The notes below the pieces were generated by a model. That model did no database searches, was not told the origin of the DNA, and saw only the letters and a list, made by a program, of their open reading frames with translations. This document shows positions 39,662-48,485 of a stretch of 54,430 nt of DNA, piece after piece. Source of the DNA: an uncultured virus (IMG/VR IMGVR_UViG_3300008117_008405) (taxonomy: Duplodnaviria > Heunggongvirae > Uroviricota > Caudoviricetes). The stretch lies in IMG/VR virus record IMGVR_UViG_3300008117_008405; one strand, given 5' to 3'. The position numbers and the translations under genes were made by a program. Each line of letters begins with the position of its first letter. Position 1 is the first letter of the stretch.

Positions 39662-40316
39662 TAGCAAAAAAATTATCAGCGCTGTCATTAAAGCAAGAAT
39701 GGATTATAAAAATAATGTTTTATCAAAAGATATACTTGATTCTACACATGAATCTTTTTGGATAACTCAAAATAATGCTGATTATAAAAAAGAAAAATTG
39801 ATAGAGCTAGCCAAAAAGAATGCTAAAAGGCCGATTAAAAGAACAAGTGTGCTTGGAAATGCATTGTGCAACTACACAAGTCCTGACAAGGCAACTTATG
39901 ATGCCGAATTTACTCAGGAAATCAAAAGGCTAGCTCCACATTGGTTCCAAAAATCAAGCGATAGCGCAAAGGAATCCCTGCTCAAGCTAGCAAAAAAGAA
40001 ATGTCCCAAACCGAAATACACATCATCGCTTTACAAAAAGCTGATTGAGTACACAAGTAAATCAAGAAGTAGCTATGACGCAAAGTTCCACAGTATAATT
40101 CAAAAACTTGCTCCACATTGGTTTGTCAACACTAGCGAGACTAAGAAGAAAGATTTGCTAGAATTGGCCAAAAAAGGTGGAGCGAGACCTAGGCCGAAGC
40201 TTCATGAGTTGGGTTATGCGCTGCAAAGTTATTGTAAACCTTCTGCAAATGTGTATGACCCAAAGTTTGTAGCTCAGATCAAAAGGTTAGCCCCGCATTG
40301 GTTTCGTTCTGTTTAA
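39654..40316 (+). CDS. 'LAPHWF' repeat protein, N-cap + 3 repeats
   Basis: Cap KAR.DY....L......THESFW, then three repeats. Confidence 0.87.
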   Translation: MLNSKKIISAVIKARMDYKNNVLSKDILDSTHESFWITQNNADYKKEKLIELAKKNAKRPIKRTSVLGNALCNYTSPDKATYDAEFTQEIKRLAPHWFQKSSDSAKESLLKLAKKKCPKPKYTSSLYKKLIEYTSKSRSSYDAKFHSIIQKLAPHWFVNTSETKKKDLLELAKKGGARPRPKLHELGYALQSYCKPSANVYDPKFVAQIKRLAPHWFRSV

Positions 40317-40339
40317 TTTTTTTACAAGGAGGATTCAAT

Positions 40340-40819
40340 ATGCATTCTGAAAAGTGTCTTAATTTTTTGCTTGGCAAAGATTTTACCGCTTCTGGATACG
40401 ATTATGATCAACTTCATAAGTGGTCAAACGATGCTTGGGAGAATCACCATGATTTCATTCAATGGTTGTTTCCTCTCAACGAACCATCAGCGCATAATCC
40501 AAATGGACCAGTATTGTCCAAAGAAGACTATGACCAGATTAAGGCTAGCCCCGAACTTACAAATGCTATAGTAAAAAACTATGAGAGATTTTTGAAGTAC
40601 GCTGGTATTAAAAGATTCCAAGATGGGCTGGACTTTTTTGACTATCGAAAAGACTTTTGGGAAACCCCAAATCATAATTGGCTTAGAATTACCAGAGTTC
40701 TGAAGAGTCTGAATCTCTGCGGACTCCATGATAAAACCCAAGAATTCTGGGCTTTCCTTAAAGACACTCCAGTAACAGACGGAACTAAGGCATATTGGGA
40801 AATAGCAGCAAAAATCTAA
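40340..40819 (+). CDS. OGFr N-terminal (opioid growth factor receptor conserved region)-like protein
   Basis: E..HDFIQWLFPL.E.S..NP..P.L and HN.LRITRVLKSL; AAGGAGG SD. Confidence 0.8.
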   Translation: MHSEKCLNFLLGKDFTASGYDYDQLHKWSNDAWENHHDFIQWLFPLNEPSAHNPNGPVLSKEDYDQIKASPELTNAIVKNYERFLKYAGIKRFQDGLDFFDYRKDFWETPNHNWLRITRVLKSLNLCGLHDKTQEFWAFLKDTPVTDGTKAYWEIAAKI

Positions 40820-40834
40820 GGTGGAGGATAAAGC

Positions 40835-41905
40835 ATGGACTTCATCGAATTCATTCGCAGCATGGTTCCAATCGCTGAAGAAATAGTTACAGAGGATAAA
40901 GACGCTTTGAAACTATTTCATGATGCAGAGGGAGAAGATTACAGGCCGGTTACACTTAGCCCAACTCTACTTTACAACACTAGTGAAGCACAGAGAAAGT
41001 CTTTGCTTGACCTTTATGTTATGGGCGCATACTCCATCGCCCACAATCTAAGTCAGCAGGGAGTAAAAATACTCAACATCCCAGAAGAATACACCGAAGG
41101 CTTGCTATCAACTGATGTAAACCTGACTTTAAATGACTACAGACAGCCGTTTGAAGAACAAATTGTTAGAATTCCAGATAACTTTTGGGATTTCATCACA
41201 GACTCATGGAAAGAGAAGAACCAAAAGCTTCTCAAATTAAAGTACATCGTGGTAACACATACAACTTATGCTAATTCAGATAAAAAGTATATTCGTTGCA
41301 TTGCTGGTGGAGAGAATTTCTTTGATCAGAATAGAGCAACACTTTTACACCTCGGCAAAATTAGCACTAATGAAAAGACAATCGAAGAACTGCTTAGAGA
41401 TCAAATGGATGTTACAAAGCATGAAGAATTAAAAGGCATGTCGGAGGAAAACTATCCTCTTTTGACTAGGTTCGCATTAAATGCATGTCTTCTTTCAGTT
41501 GATAACACCAAAGCTATCGGATATCAGAATCCAGATTATGTAAATAAGATGCAAGAAGGGCTTAAAAAAGCCAAAAAAATGTCTGATAAGGCGAGGAAAT
41601 CGATTGAGTCGCAAATTAAATTTGCTCCGTTTTTGCTGACTATCAATCAACAAACGATCACACATTACAATAATCGACCAAGTGATTCTGATGGTACTTC
41701 TGGAATTATTATCAAGCCTCACCATCGTAGAGGATACTGGCGCAAACAATGGTTCGGGCCAAAAGCCAATCAATCCAGTAAGTATGTTTGGATACAACCT
41801 GTTTTCGTAAACAAACACTTATTCCAAGGAAAGATGATTGATACAGTTGTCAATATCGATTTAAATACGCCTATTGAAAGGCTAGATGGAACTGGAGAGA
41901 AATAA
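40835..41905 (+). CDS. Conserved phage protein with C-terminal PH.RRG.WR motif
   Basis: PHHRRGYWRKQWFG......VWIQPVFV; GGAGG SD. Confidence 0.7.
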   Translation: MDFIEFIRSMVPIAEEIVTEDKDALKLFHDAEGEDYRPVTLSPTLLYNTSEAQRKSLLDLYVMGAYSIAHNLSQQGVKILNIPEEYTEGLLSTDVNLTLNDYRQPFEEQIVRIPDNFWDFITDSWKEKNQKLLKLKYIVVTHTTYANSDKKYIRCIAGGENFFDQNRATLLHLGKISTNEKTIEELLRDQMDVTKHEELKGMSEENYPLLTRFALNACLLSVDNTKAIGYQNPDYVNKMQEGLKKAKKMSDKARKSIESQIKFAPFLLTINQQTITHYNNRPSDSDGTSGIIIKPHHRRGYWRKQWFGPKANQSSKYVWIQPVFVNKHLFQGKMIDTVVNIDLNTPIERLDGTGEK

Positions 41906-41906
41906 T

Positions 41907-42401
41907 ATGATTGAATTATTTTCTGCCGAAGATATCATTCAGCACATTAATAAAGCAAGAATCCGATTTTCAGAGGGAAAGCTCAACAAAGAAGTTTTTA
42001 AATGCACTATACCAGAATTTTGGATGTTTCCTGAAAATACAGCAGACATAAAGAAAAAGCAATTGTTACAAATGGCAGAAAAAAAATTGCCCAAACCTTC
42101 CTATCGTAACCATCCGCTGGGAAGGGCTTTGAATACTTACACCAATAAATCTTGGAACACTTACGACCCTGAGTTCACAAAGAAAATAAAAACACTTCGG
42201 CCCGAATGGTTTCAAGATCGCACAAAAAATCGGAAGAACAAATTACTCAGGCTTGCAAAATCTGGAGCTAAGAGACCAAACCAAAAGAGACATCCTCTGG
42301 GCTATAATCTGTCATCTTACACTTCAATCAAGTCAGAATGTTACGATGAAGAGTTCACGAACCAATTAAAATTATTGGCTCCCCATTGGTTTAAAAAATA
42401 A
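41907..42401 (+). CDS. 'LAPHWF' repeat protein, N-cap + 2 repeats
   Basis: GGAG SD then ATG 41907; cap KARIRFSEGKL...TIPEFW. Confidence 0.87.
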   Translation: MIELFSAEDIIQHINKARIRFSEGKLNKEVFKCTIPEFWMFPENTADIKKKQLLQMAEKKLPKPSYRNHPLGRALNTYTNKSWNTYDPEFTKKIKTLRPEWFQDRTKNRKNKLLRLAKSGAKRPNQKRHPLGYNLSSYTSIKSECYDEEFTNQLKLLAPHWFKK

Positions 42402-42470
42402 AGTTGTAATTATTTTGTTTTTTGGTATATTAAGGCTGTTTGGTAATCATATTATTGAAAGGAGTTCAAC

Positions 42471-42656
42471 ATGAAACGAGTTATGGTTGGCAATTACACT
42501 TACGAAACTGATCTTGACCTTAAAGTAGGTGACAAGGTGGTTCTGCCCACAGCCTATTATCTGCGTGATGTAAAAGGTGCAACTTGGGTTGGGGAAGTCA
42601 CTAATCTTCAGTCCAACTACAACGGCCCCTGTGAAAAAGTCATCGGAAAGGCGTAA
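42471..42656 (+). CDS. Small hypothetical protein
   Basis: AAGGAG SD; YTYETD..L.VGDKVV.P. Confidence 0.65.
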   Translation: MKRVMVGNYTYETDLDLKVGDKVVLPTAYYLRDVKGATWVGEVTNLQSNYNGPCEKVIGKA

Positions 42657-42660
42657 GACC

Positions 42661-42855
42661 ATGAACTCCGTACTTCAACTTCGTCGCTGGGTTGCATCTC
42701 AACTCAAACAACTTGAAGATAATGATGATGTGTCATATGTTTTGAGATACATACGACGAAAAACAGATCATCCATGCTTCACTCAAGATACTTCAGAGGG
42801 TTGGCATAAGTTCTTAAAAACAATCGATTGCAGAAAAATTCTGCTCGAAAAATAA
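42661..42855 (+). CDS. Small hypothetical protein
   Basis: ATG 4 nt after the upstream stop; ends 1 nt before the next ATG. Confidence 0.55.
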   Translation: MNSVLQLRRWVASQLKQLEDNDDVSYVLRYIRRKTDHPCFTQDTSEGWHKFLKTIDCRKILLEK

Positions 42856-42856
42856 T

Positions 42857-43681
42857 ATGATTATTGAAATACTGAAAGAGAATAAACTCACCATTGGGTT
42901 TATTTATACTCTTTCAATACTTCAATACACCCTTCATGCTTTGCTCCCATTCCTTCTGGGTAAAGCTATTGATGGGCTATTACAAGACGATAAGTCCAAC
43001 CTTGTTGTTCTTGTAATAGCCAATGCCCTAAGCATATTCCTTGGTTTTTATTTGAAAAGATACGACACAAGAGTCTACATGGCAATATTTGCCCATAAAG
43101 CTATAAAAGCAATTCAAATTCTCCGAAGAAAAAATGTTGTTCCTTCCAAAATAGCCAGCAGATATCAATTGGTTGGTTATTACTCTGATTTCTTTGAATA
43201 CTCATTGCCACAAGCAATTTCCGCATTCATAAAAGCTATGACCTCCATGGTCATGCTCTTTGTCACAAATCCGATTATAGGACTCATCAATACTTTAATT
43301 TATCTCATAACATTGTTCATTCATCAAAAATGCTCACGGCTTATCCAAAAACAAGATATGGATATCCAACACATAAAAGAAGATATTGTTCAGAACATCA
43401 TGGACAACAAGGAATATGAACAGCCAATACATTCGTTAAGTAAGTTCTACATAAAAAAATCGTATATAGATGCTACAAATTTCCTTATAAATGATTCTCT
43501 AGCTCTTATTATGCATTTGTCTACTATATTATTGCTGGTATACATCCATCCATCCATAGGAATGGTCACATCGACTCTGATGTATGTTGACCAACTGTAT
43601 GGAACCACCTACAGTATATTTTACTTCTTGCTCTTCGTGAGAGGGGTTGAGAATACCAATAAGTTTATTAATTCTGATTAA
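42857..43681 (+). CDS. Stand-alone ABC-transporter six-transmembrane domain protein (ABC_membrane_3-like)
   Basis: P..LG.AID.L, R.YDTR.Y-like motif, multiple TM helices; no ATPase nearby. Confidence 0.65.
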   Translation: MIIEILKENKLTIGFIYTLSILQYTLHALLPFLLGKAIDGLLQDDKSNLVVLVIANALSIFLGFYLKRYDTRVYMAIFAHKAIKAIQILRRKNVVPSKIASRYQLVGYYSDFFEYSLPQAISAFIKAMTSMVMLFVTNPIIGLINTLIYLITLFIHQKCSRLIQKQDMDIQHIKEDIVQNIMDNKEYEQPIHSLSKFYIKKSYIDATNFLINDSLALIMHLSTILLLVYIHPSIGMVTSTLMYVDQLYGTTYSIFYFLLFVRGVENTNKFINSD

Positions 43682-43692
43682 AAGGAGTAATC

Positions 43693-44001
43693 ATGTCTAC
43701 AAGCACTTTGGAAAAAACTGATACAAAAACAAGAAAACAACCTCCTTATCATGTCATAATCCTCAACGATGATGATCACACTATTGAGTATGTTGTTAAA
43801 TTATGCTCATCTATCTTTGGTCACCCAGTAGAAAAAGGAGTTGAAATAGCAAAAGAAATACACTTTCAAGGTAGAGCTATTGTTTTTACCGGATCGTTAG
43901 AGGTTGCTGAACTAAAGCAAGAACAGGTCCATTCTATGGGTCCAGACCCTTTAGTAGCTAAATGCAAAGGCTCAATGACAGCTGTTATAGAACAGGCATG
44001 A
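43693..44001 (+). CDS. clpS: ClpS N-degron adaptor
   Basis: YHVIILNDDDHTIEYV, IH..G.A.V, AELK; AAGGAG SD. Confidence 0.92.
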   Translation: MSTSTLEKTDTKTRKQPPYHVIILNDDDHTIEYVVKLCSSIFGHPVEKGVEIAKEIHFQGRAIVFTGSLEVAELKQEQVHSMGPDPLVAKCKGSMTAVIEQA

Positions 44002-44017
44002 AATCACTATATAAAAC

Positions 44018-44203
44018 ATGCTTACATTCACACAATGGCTTGCTGAATACAATGATCCCAGAAGCGGAATGAAATCCCGTTGGTCTACGAAATATAAGAA
44101 AAGTATAAATTGTAGTAATCCCAAAGGATTCAGCCAGAAGAACTATTGCAAGAGAAAAAAAAGAGGCGGTAAGTATAAAAATGAAGGGCTGTGTGAGGGC
44201 TGA
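44018..44203 (+). CDS. Small basic phage protein with capsid-targeting-like N-terminus
   Basis: MLTFTQWLAE; WS.KYKKSINCSNPKGFSQK.YC. Confidence 0.7.
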   Translation: MLTFTQWLAEYNDPRSGMKSRWSTKYKKSINCSNPKGFSQKNYCKRKKRGGKYKNEGLCEG

Positions 44204-44280
44204 CGCTCTTAATCTTCACCAATCACCAAAGAATATCCGAGTCTGGAAAGAGCTAAAACGACTCCATATATTCACCAGCC
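44187..44280. ncRNA. Candidate structured RNA with pseudoknot
   Basis: GGCTG/CAGCC, GAATAT/ATATTC and GAGTC/GACTC stems plus crossing GCTCTT/AAGAGC. Confidence 0.4.
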
Positions 44281-44290
44281 AATCAAAATA

Positions 44291-45634
44291 TTAGAGTATC
44301 TTCCTTGACCTTTTCCTTAAAACAAAACTCTCGCCAAATACTGGTTTTTTCTTTTCTCCAGTAATTGCAGGCATCTGACCAATCTTCTTGGGCGCTGGAC
44401 CCAAATCACGACCATACTGCCTGAACATACTGTCTACAAAATTTTGATCCTCATAATAGTTTCTAATGAGATTCAAGATAACCTCTATGCTTTTAGCAGC
44501 ATTTTCCTTTCTCATGGGTTCTTCCAAATAGCTTTTGAATGTTTTAAGCTCGTACTGAATATCGTCTGGTCTTATTCGATTTATAAGCTCACCGAGTCTG
44601 TTCCCTTTAATTTCCATATCCATCGGGCTATTAACATAAAATAAAAGCTCTTTATAATGATTTGAAGTAAAGTTGTTTAAAAATTTTTCTCCCAAGAATT
44701 TCTTAAACCAAGGCACAGCATCATTAGTCCTACCTAAAATATAAGAAAACAAATCAAAAGCCTCAGTTAGAGTAATGTTTTTTAAAGTAGACACCACTTT
44801 TGGTCCCAGAATTTCAATAAATTTATTTCTCCTGTTATCACGCATCAAAGTAGTTAAATCTGTGGTGGTGAGCTTTTCGAATTCAGACTTGTCAAGTTTT
44901 TCTGCCTCATCAGTTTTGAATAATAACATATCTTGTATTCTGTCAGCAGAAAGCAAATCTGATCTGACAGGATAAATCTTACTTGATTTGCCAGCCTGCT
45001 TGTAAATATCCCTGATTTTGGCAGTATCGGTCGAAGTTATCCACGCAGACGGGTTTTGAAGCTCTTTCATCTTATCGGTATCCAACGCATTTGCTACAGC
45101 ATAACCGATCATCGTTATACTACCGTCATTGACAGGCTCATATTTGACTATTGTGTAACCATGAAGATCACGATACAAAACCCCCTTTACCTTTTCCCTT
45201 ATCAACATGGGCACGAAACTTTTGCTCGTAGTTCTAGCTTGTCTCAAATCCAAAGTCTCTAAATCATCCTCTTTCAAATCAGCAATTAAATGAGGATAAC
45301 TATCCTGTAATTGTTGTGATAACTTCCACCTGTCACCTTTTACATACTTCGCTACATTAGGAGGAATTATGATATACTTATCTAAATCTGTTATTTTGAA
45401 TTTAATAATAAAAGGACCATACATGCCCATGCTTGAATGAAATTGACTTTCTAATGAAAAAGTAGCATACAAACCACAACCATAGAGACAGCCAGCACCT
45501 TCCCCTGATTTGAAATCGCTGTTTAATATGTTTGTGATAGATTCAGAAGTAGCGTTTGCACCAGCACGATGGAATATTGTTGCCGTCTTATTAGGGAATA
45601 TCTCTTCCATCATCAACCAATTAGAAAATTCCAT
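44291..45634 (-). CDS. Putative ADP-ribosyltransferase (PARP/ART-like N-terminal domain) with capsid-targeting-like N-terminus
   Basis: MEFSNWLMME; TIFHR, GAGCLYGCGLYAT, YG..I.K; TAAATA at 45659-45664 (- strand). Confidence 0.55.
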   Translation of the reverse strand: MEFSNWLMMEEIFPNKTATIFHRAGANATSESITNILNSDFKSGEGAGCLYGCGLYATFSLESQFHSSMGMYGPFIIKFKITDLDKYIIIPPNVAKYVKGDRWKLSQQLQDSYPHLIADLKEDDLETLDLRQARTTSKSFVPMLIREKVKGVLYRDLHGYTIVKYEPVNDGSITMIGYAVANALDTDKMKELQNPSAWITSTDTAKIRDIYKQAGKSSKIYPVRSDLLSADRIQDMLLFKTDEAEKLDKSEFEKLTTTDLTTLMRDNRRNKFIEILGPKVVSTLKNITLTEAFDLFSYILGRTNDAVPWFKKFLGEKFLNNFTSNHYKELLFYVNSPMDMEIKGNRLGELINRIRPDDIQYELKTFKSYLEEPMRKENAAKSIEVILNLIRNYYEDQNFVDSMFRQYGRDLGPAPKKIGQMPAITGEKKKPVFGESFVLRKRSRKIL

Positions 45635-45755
45635 ACCATCTCCAATTTAACATTTACTTATTTAGCGGATACAGTATCATAATTCCAGAATTCCAGCGAG
45701 GCTTCTTAGCTACCCATATAAGATTGGTGTAAGTACTAATTCGGAGATATAAACA

Positions 45756-46802
45756 ATGAAATTGCTCAAACCTCTGATTATCATTCAAGCTATTAATAAC
45801 GCACGACATCTCAATTCTCACGGATTACTACCAAAAAAACTCCAAAATATCACTAACCCAGAATTCTGGAAGGCACCACCGAAGACATCAATACTCAAAA
45901 AGAAACAAATCATCGAACTTGCCACAACAGGCAAGCCCAAACCAACCACTCGACTTCATCCACTCAAAAATGCATACAGAAATTATGCAAACCCCGCCCA
46001 TCGGTCTTACGATCCCATTCTCATGCAGCAACTCCAATCCATCCGACCAGACTGGTTCTTCCAGTCGTCAAATCAAAAAAAAGAAGAACTAATCCAATTG
46101 GCCAAATCCAAACAGCCAAGACCTAAACAAAAGAAACACCCTCTCGCAGCAACCTTGAATAACTATATCAACCCTACCCATGGTTCTTACGACCCGACCT
46201 TTACCAAAAAAATCAAATCCTTAGCCCCTCTTTGGTTCGTCACACGCTCAACCATCGCAGATCAAAAGAAACAAAAGCTTATCAAAATGGCTCAATCTAA
46301 TCAGCCCAGACCACATCAAACAAAACATCCATTAGGAGCACCTCTGACAACCTACATGAATAAAAACAGTAGATCGTATGATCCAGTCTTCACTAATAAA
46401 ATTAAAACCCTCGCTCCAGATTGGTTTACAAAAAAATCAGATATCAAAAAGCAACAACTTATTAAGCTTGCTAAATCAAAAGCCAAAAAACCCATAAACT
46501 TATTGCATCCATTAGGAGCACCACTATCCTACTACACCACTCCCAAGTCATCCGCATACGACCCCACTTTCACCAAACTGATTAAATCTATTAACCCAGA
46601 ATGGTTCATCTCCAGAACCGATAATGCTAACCAAAAGAAATTAAAATTGCTCCAAATTGCAAAAGCAAAACAACCTAAACCAATTAAACCATCTAAACTA
46701 TATTTGGCTTTAATAAGATATATCAACAAATCTAATTCATCTTATGACCCAATCTTCACCAAGAAAATCAAAGCCATAGCACCCCATTGGTTCAGAAAGT
46801 AG
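45756..46802 (+). CDS. 'LAPHWF' repeat protein, N-cap + 5 repeats (array gene 1)
   Basis: 38-aa cap, five 53-54-aa cores, 6- or 9-aa linkers; GGAG SD. Confidence 0.9.
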   Translation: MKLLKPLIIIQAINNARHLNSHGLLPKKLQNITNPEFWKAPPKTSILKKKQIIELATTGKPKPTTRLHPLKNAYRNYANPAHRSYDPILMQQLQSIRPDWFFQSSNQKKEELIQLAKSKQPRPKQKKHPLAATLNNYINPTHGSYDPTFTKKIKSLAPLWFVTRSTIADQKKQKLIKMAQSNQPRPHQTKHPLGAPLTTYMNKNSRSYDPVFTNKIKTLAPDWFTKKSDIKKQQLIKLAKSKAKKPINLLHPLGAPLSYYTTPKSSAYDPTFTKLIKSINPEWFISRTDNANQKKLKLLQIAKAKQPKPIKPSKLYLALIRYINKSNSSYDPIFTKKIKAIAPHWFRK

Positions 46803-46849
46803 GCGAAACTAGAACTAAACAGTATTATTCAATAACCAAGGAGGATAAT
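46802..46849 (+). promoter_or_regulatory. Array junction 1: GGCGAAACT-N14-TTA + AACCAAGGAGG SD
   Basis: 48-nt spacer nearly identical to junctions 2 and 3. Confidence 0.75.
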
Positions 46850-47521
46850 ATGCAACTATTAAATGCTACCACAATTTTAACTGCTATATCTAAAGCCAGA
46901 AAAGCATATAAAAAAGGAACTTTAAGCCATGAAGTTGCCAAGATTACTGTGAGAGATTTTTGGCTTGCAACAGATAAACAAGTAGATATCAATAAAAAAC
47001 AACTTATCCAAATGGCAAAAAATGGAGAAAATCGACCCAACTTTAGAAAACATGATTTAGGTTCAAGCCTTTATCGGTATACTAAACAATCTAGCAATTG
47101 CTATGACCCAATCTTCACCAAGAAAATTAAAGCTTTTGCCCCTCATTGGTTCATACACACCAGTACTATCAAAAAACAACAACTACTCAAATTAGCTAAA
47201 TCCAATCAACCTCGACCCAATAGAAGGAAACATCCACTAGGACAAGCATTCTCTTCATATACAAGAACATCACATAAAAGTTATGATCCTATATTCACCA
47301 AACAAATCAAATCTTTAGCTCCCTATTGGTTCATACACACCGCTAATACCAAAAAACAACAACTCATCCAAATGGCTAAGAATAAAGAATCTAGACCTAG
47401 TAATAGAATAGATGGCCTAGGAAAAGCATTGAATAGATACACTACTAAATCAGGTACATCCTACGACCCAGACTTCACCAAGAAGATAAAATCCTTAGCT
47501 CCCGCTTGGTTCAGAAAGTAG
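46850..47521 (+). CDS. 'LAPHWF' repeat protein, N-cap + 3 repeats (array gene 2)
   Basis: True start ATG 46850 after AAGGAGG; 223 aa. Confidence 0.9.
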   Translation: MQLLNATTILTAISKARKAYKKGTLSHEVAKITVRDFWLATDKQVDINKKQLIQMAKNGENRPNFRKHDLGSSLYRYTKQSSNCYDPIFTKKIKAFAPHWFIHTSTIKKQQLLKLAKSNQPRPNRRKHPLGQAFSSYTRTSHKSYDPIFTKQIKSLAPYWFIHTANTKKQQLIQMAKNKESRPSNRIDGLGKALNRYTTKSGTSYDPDFTKKIKSLAPAWFRK

Positions 47522-47568
47522 GCGAAACTCACACTCCACAGTATTATTTAATAACCAAGGAGGATCAT
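47521..47568 (+). promoter_or_regulatory. Array junction 2: GGCGAAACT-N14-TTA + AACCAAGGAGG SD
   Basis: GGCGAAACTCACACTCCACAGTATTATTTAATAACCAAGGAGGATCAT. Confidence 0.75.
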
Positions 47569-48438
47569 ATGAAACTATTGAATGCTACAACAATATTAAT
47601 TGCTATAAGAAAAGCCCGAAAAAAATATGCAAACGGAACCCTCAATAAACATATCCAATCATCAACCGTAGAATCATTCTGGTTTGAATTCGAAAAATCA
47701 TCTATCATCAGAAAAAAACAACTCATTCAAATGGCAAAAAACGGAGAAAATAGACCACATTCAAAAAAACATCCACTAGGAACATATTTCAATCAATACA
47801 CACATAAATCAAGTTCATCCTATGACCCAGACTTTACTCGCAAAATCAGATCAATAGCTCCACATTGGCTCATCAAACAAGCAGATATTGTAAATAAAAA
47901 GAAACAAGAATTAATTAAAATCGCACAAAACAAAGAGCCTAGACCAATTACCAGAAAACATCCGTTAGGTGTTGTATTATCTCACTATACTACTCAATCA
48001 AGAAAAGCTTATGATGCACAATTCACACAAAAATTAAAGAAGTTAGCACCTCATTGGTTCGTCAACAAATCAGATATCGCAAATCAAAAAAAACAACAAC
48101 TTATTCAATTAGCACAAAACAAAGAGCCTAGACCAATTACCAGAAAACATCCATTAGGTTTAGTATTATCTCACTATACTACTCAATCAAATAAAACTTA
48201 TGATGCACAATTCACACAAAAATTAAAGAAGTTAGCACCCAATTGGTTTACCGTATCATCAGATATTAAAAAACAACAGCTTATCCAAATGGCAAAAAAC
48301 GGAGAAAATAGACCCAACTCCAGAAAACACCCATTAGGAAGGGTGATGAAAGAATACATAAGCACTACTTCAAATTCTTACGACCCCATATTCACCAAGA
48401 AGATCAAATCCATAGCTCCCCATTGGTTCAAAAAGTAG
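47569..48438 (+). CDS. 'LAPHWF' repeat protein, N-cap + 4 repeats (array gene 3)
   Basis: True start ATG 47569; 289 aa; repeats 2 and 3 nearly identical. Confidence 0.9.
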   Translation: MKLLNATTILIAIRKARKKYANGTLNKHIQSSTVESFWFEFEKSSIIRKKQLIQMAKNGENRPHSKKHPLGTYFNQYTHKSSSSYDPDFTRKIRSIAPHWLIKQADIVNKKKQELIKIAQNKEPRPITRKHPLGVVLSHYTTQSRKAYDAQFTQKLKKLAPHWFVNKSDIANQKKQQLIQLAQNKEPRPITRKHPLGLVLSHYTTQSNKTYDAQFTQKLKKLAPNWFTVSSDIKKQQLIQMAKNGENRPNSRKHPLGRVMKEYISTTSNSYDPIFTKKIKSIAPHWFKK

Positions 48439-48485
48439 GCGAAAATACAACCCAACAGTATTATTTAATAACCAAGGAGGATTAT
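48438..48485 (+). promoter_or_regulatory. Array junction 3: GGCGAAAAT-N14-TTA + AACCAAGGAGG SD
   Basis: GGCGAAAATACAACCCAACAGTATTATTTAATAACCAAGGAGGATTAT. Confidence 0.72.

Noticed and set aside
46800..46828. Plain sigma70 reading TAGGCG-N17-TATTAT of the junction motif
   Set aside because: Fits the three array junctions but not the helicase, ardC, 39180 or 51944 copies; kept only as a partial alternative
46787..48485. ORF-track N-terminal extensions MVQKVGE... at 46787, 47506 and 48423
   Set aside because: They are translations of the conserved junction; AAGGAGG SDs and cap homology put the true starts at 46850, 47569 and 48486
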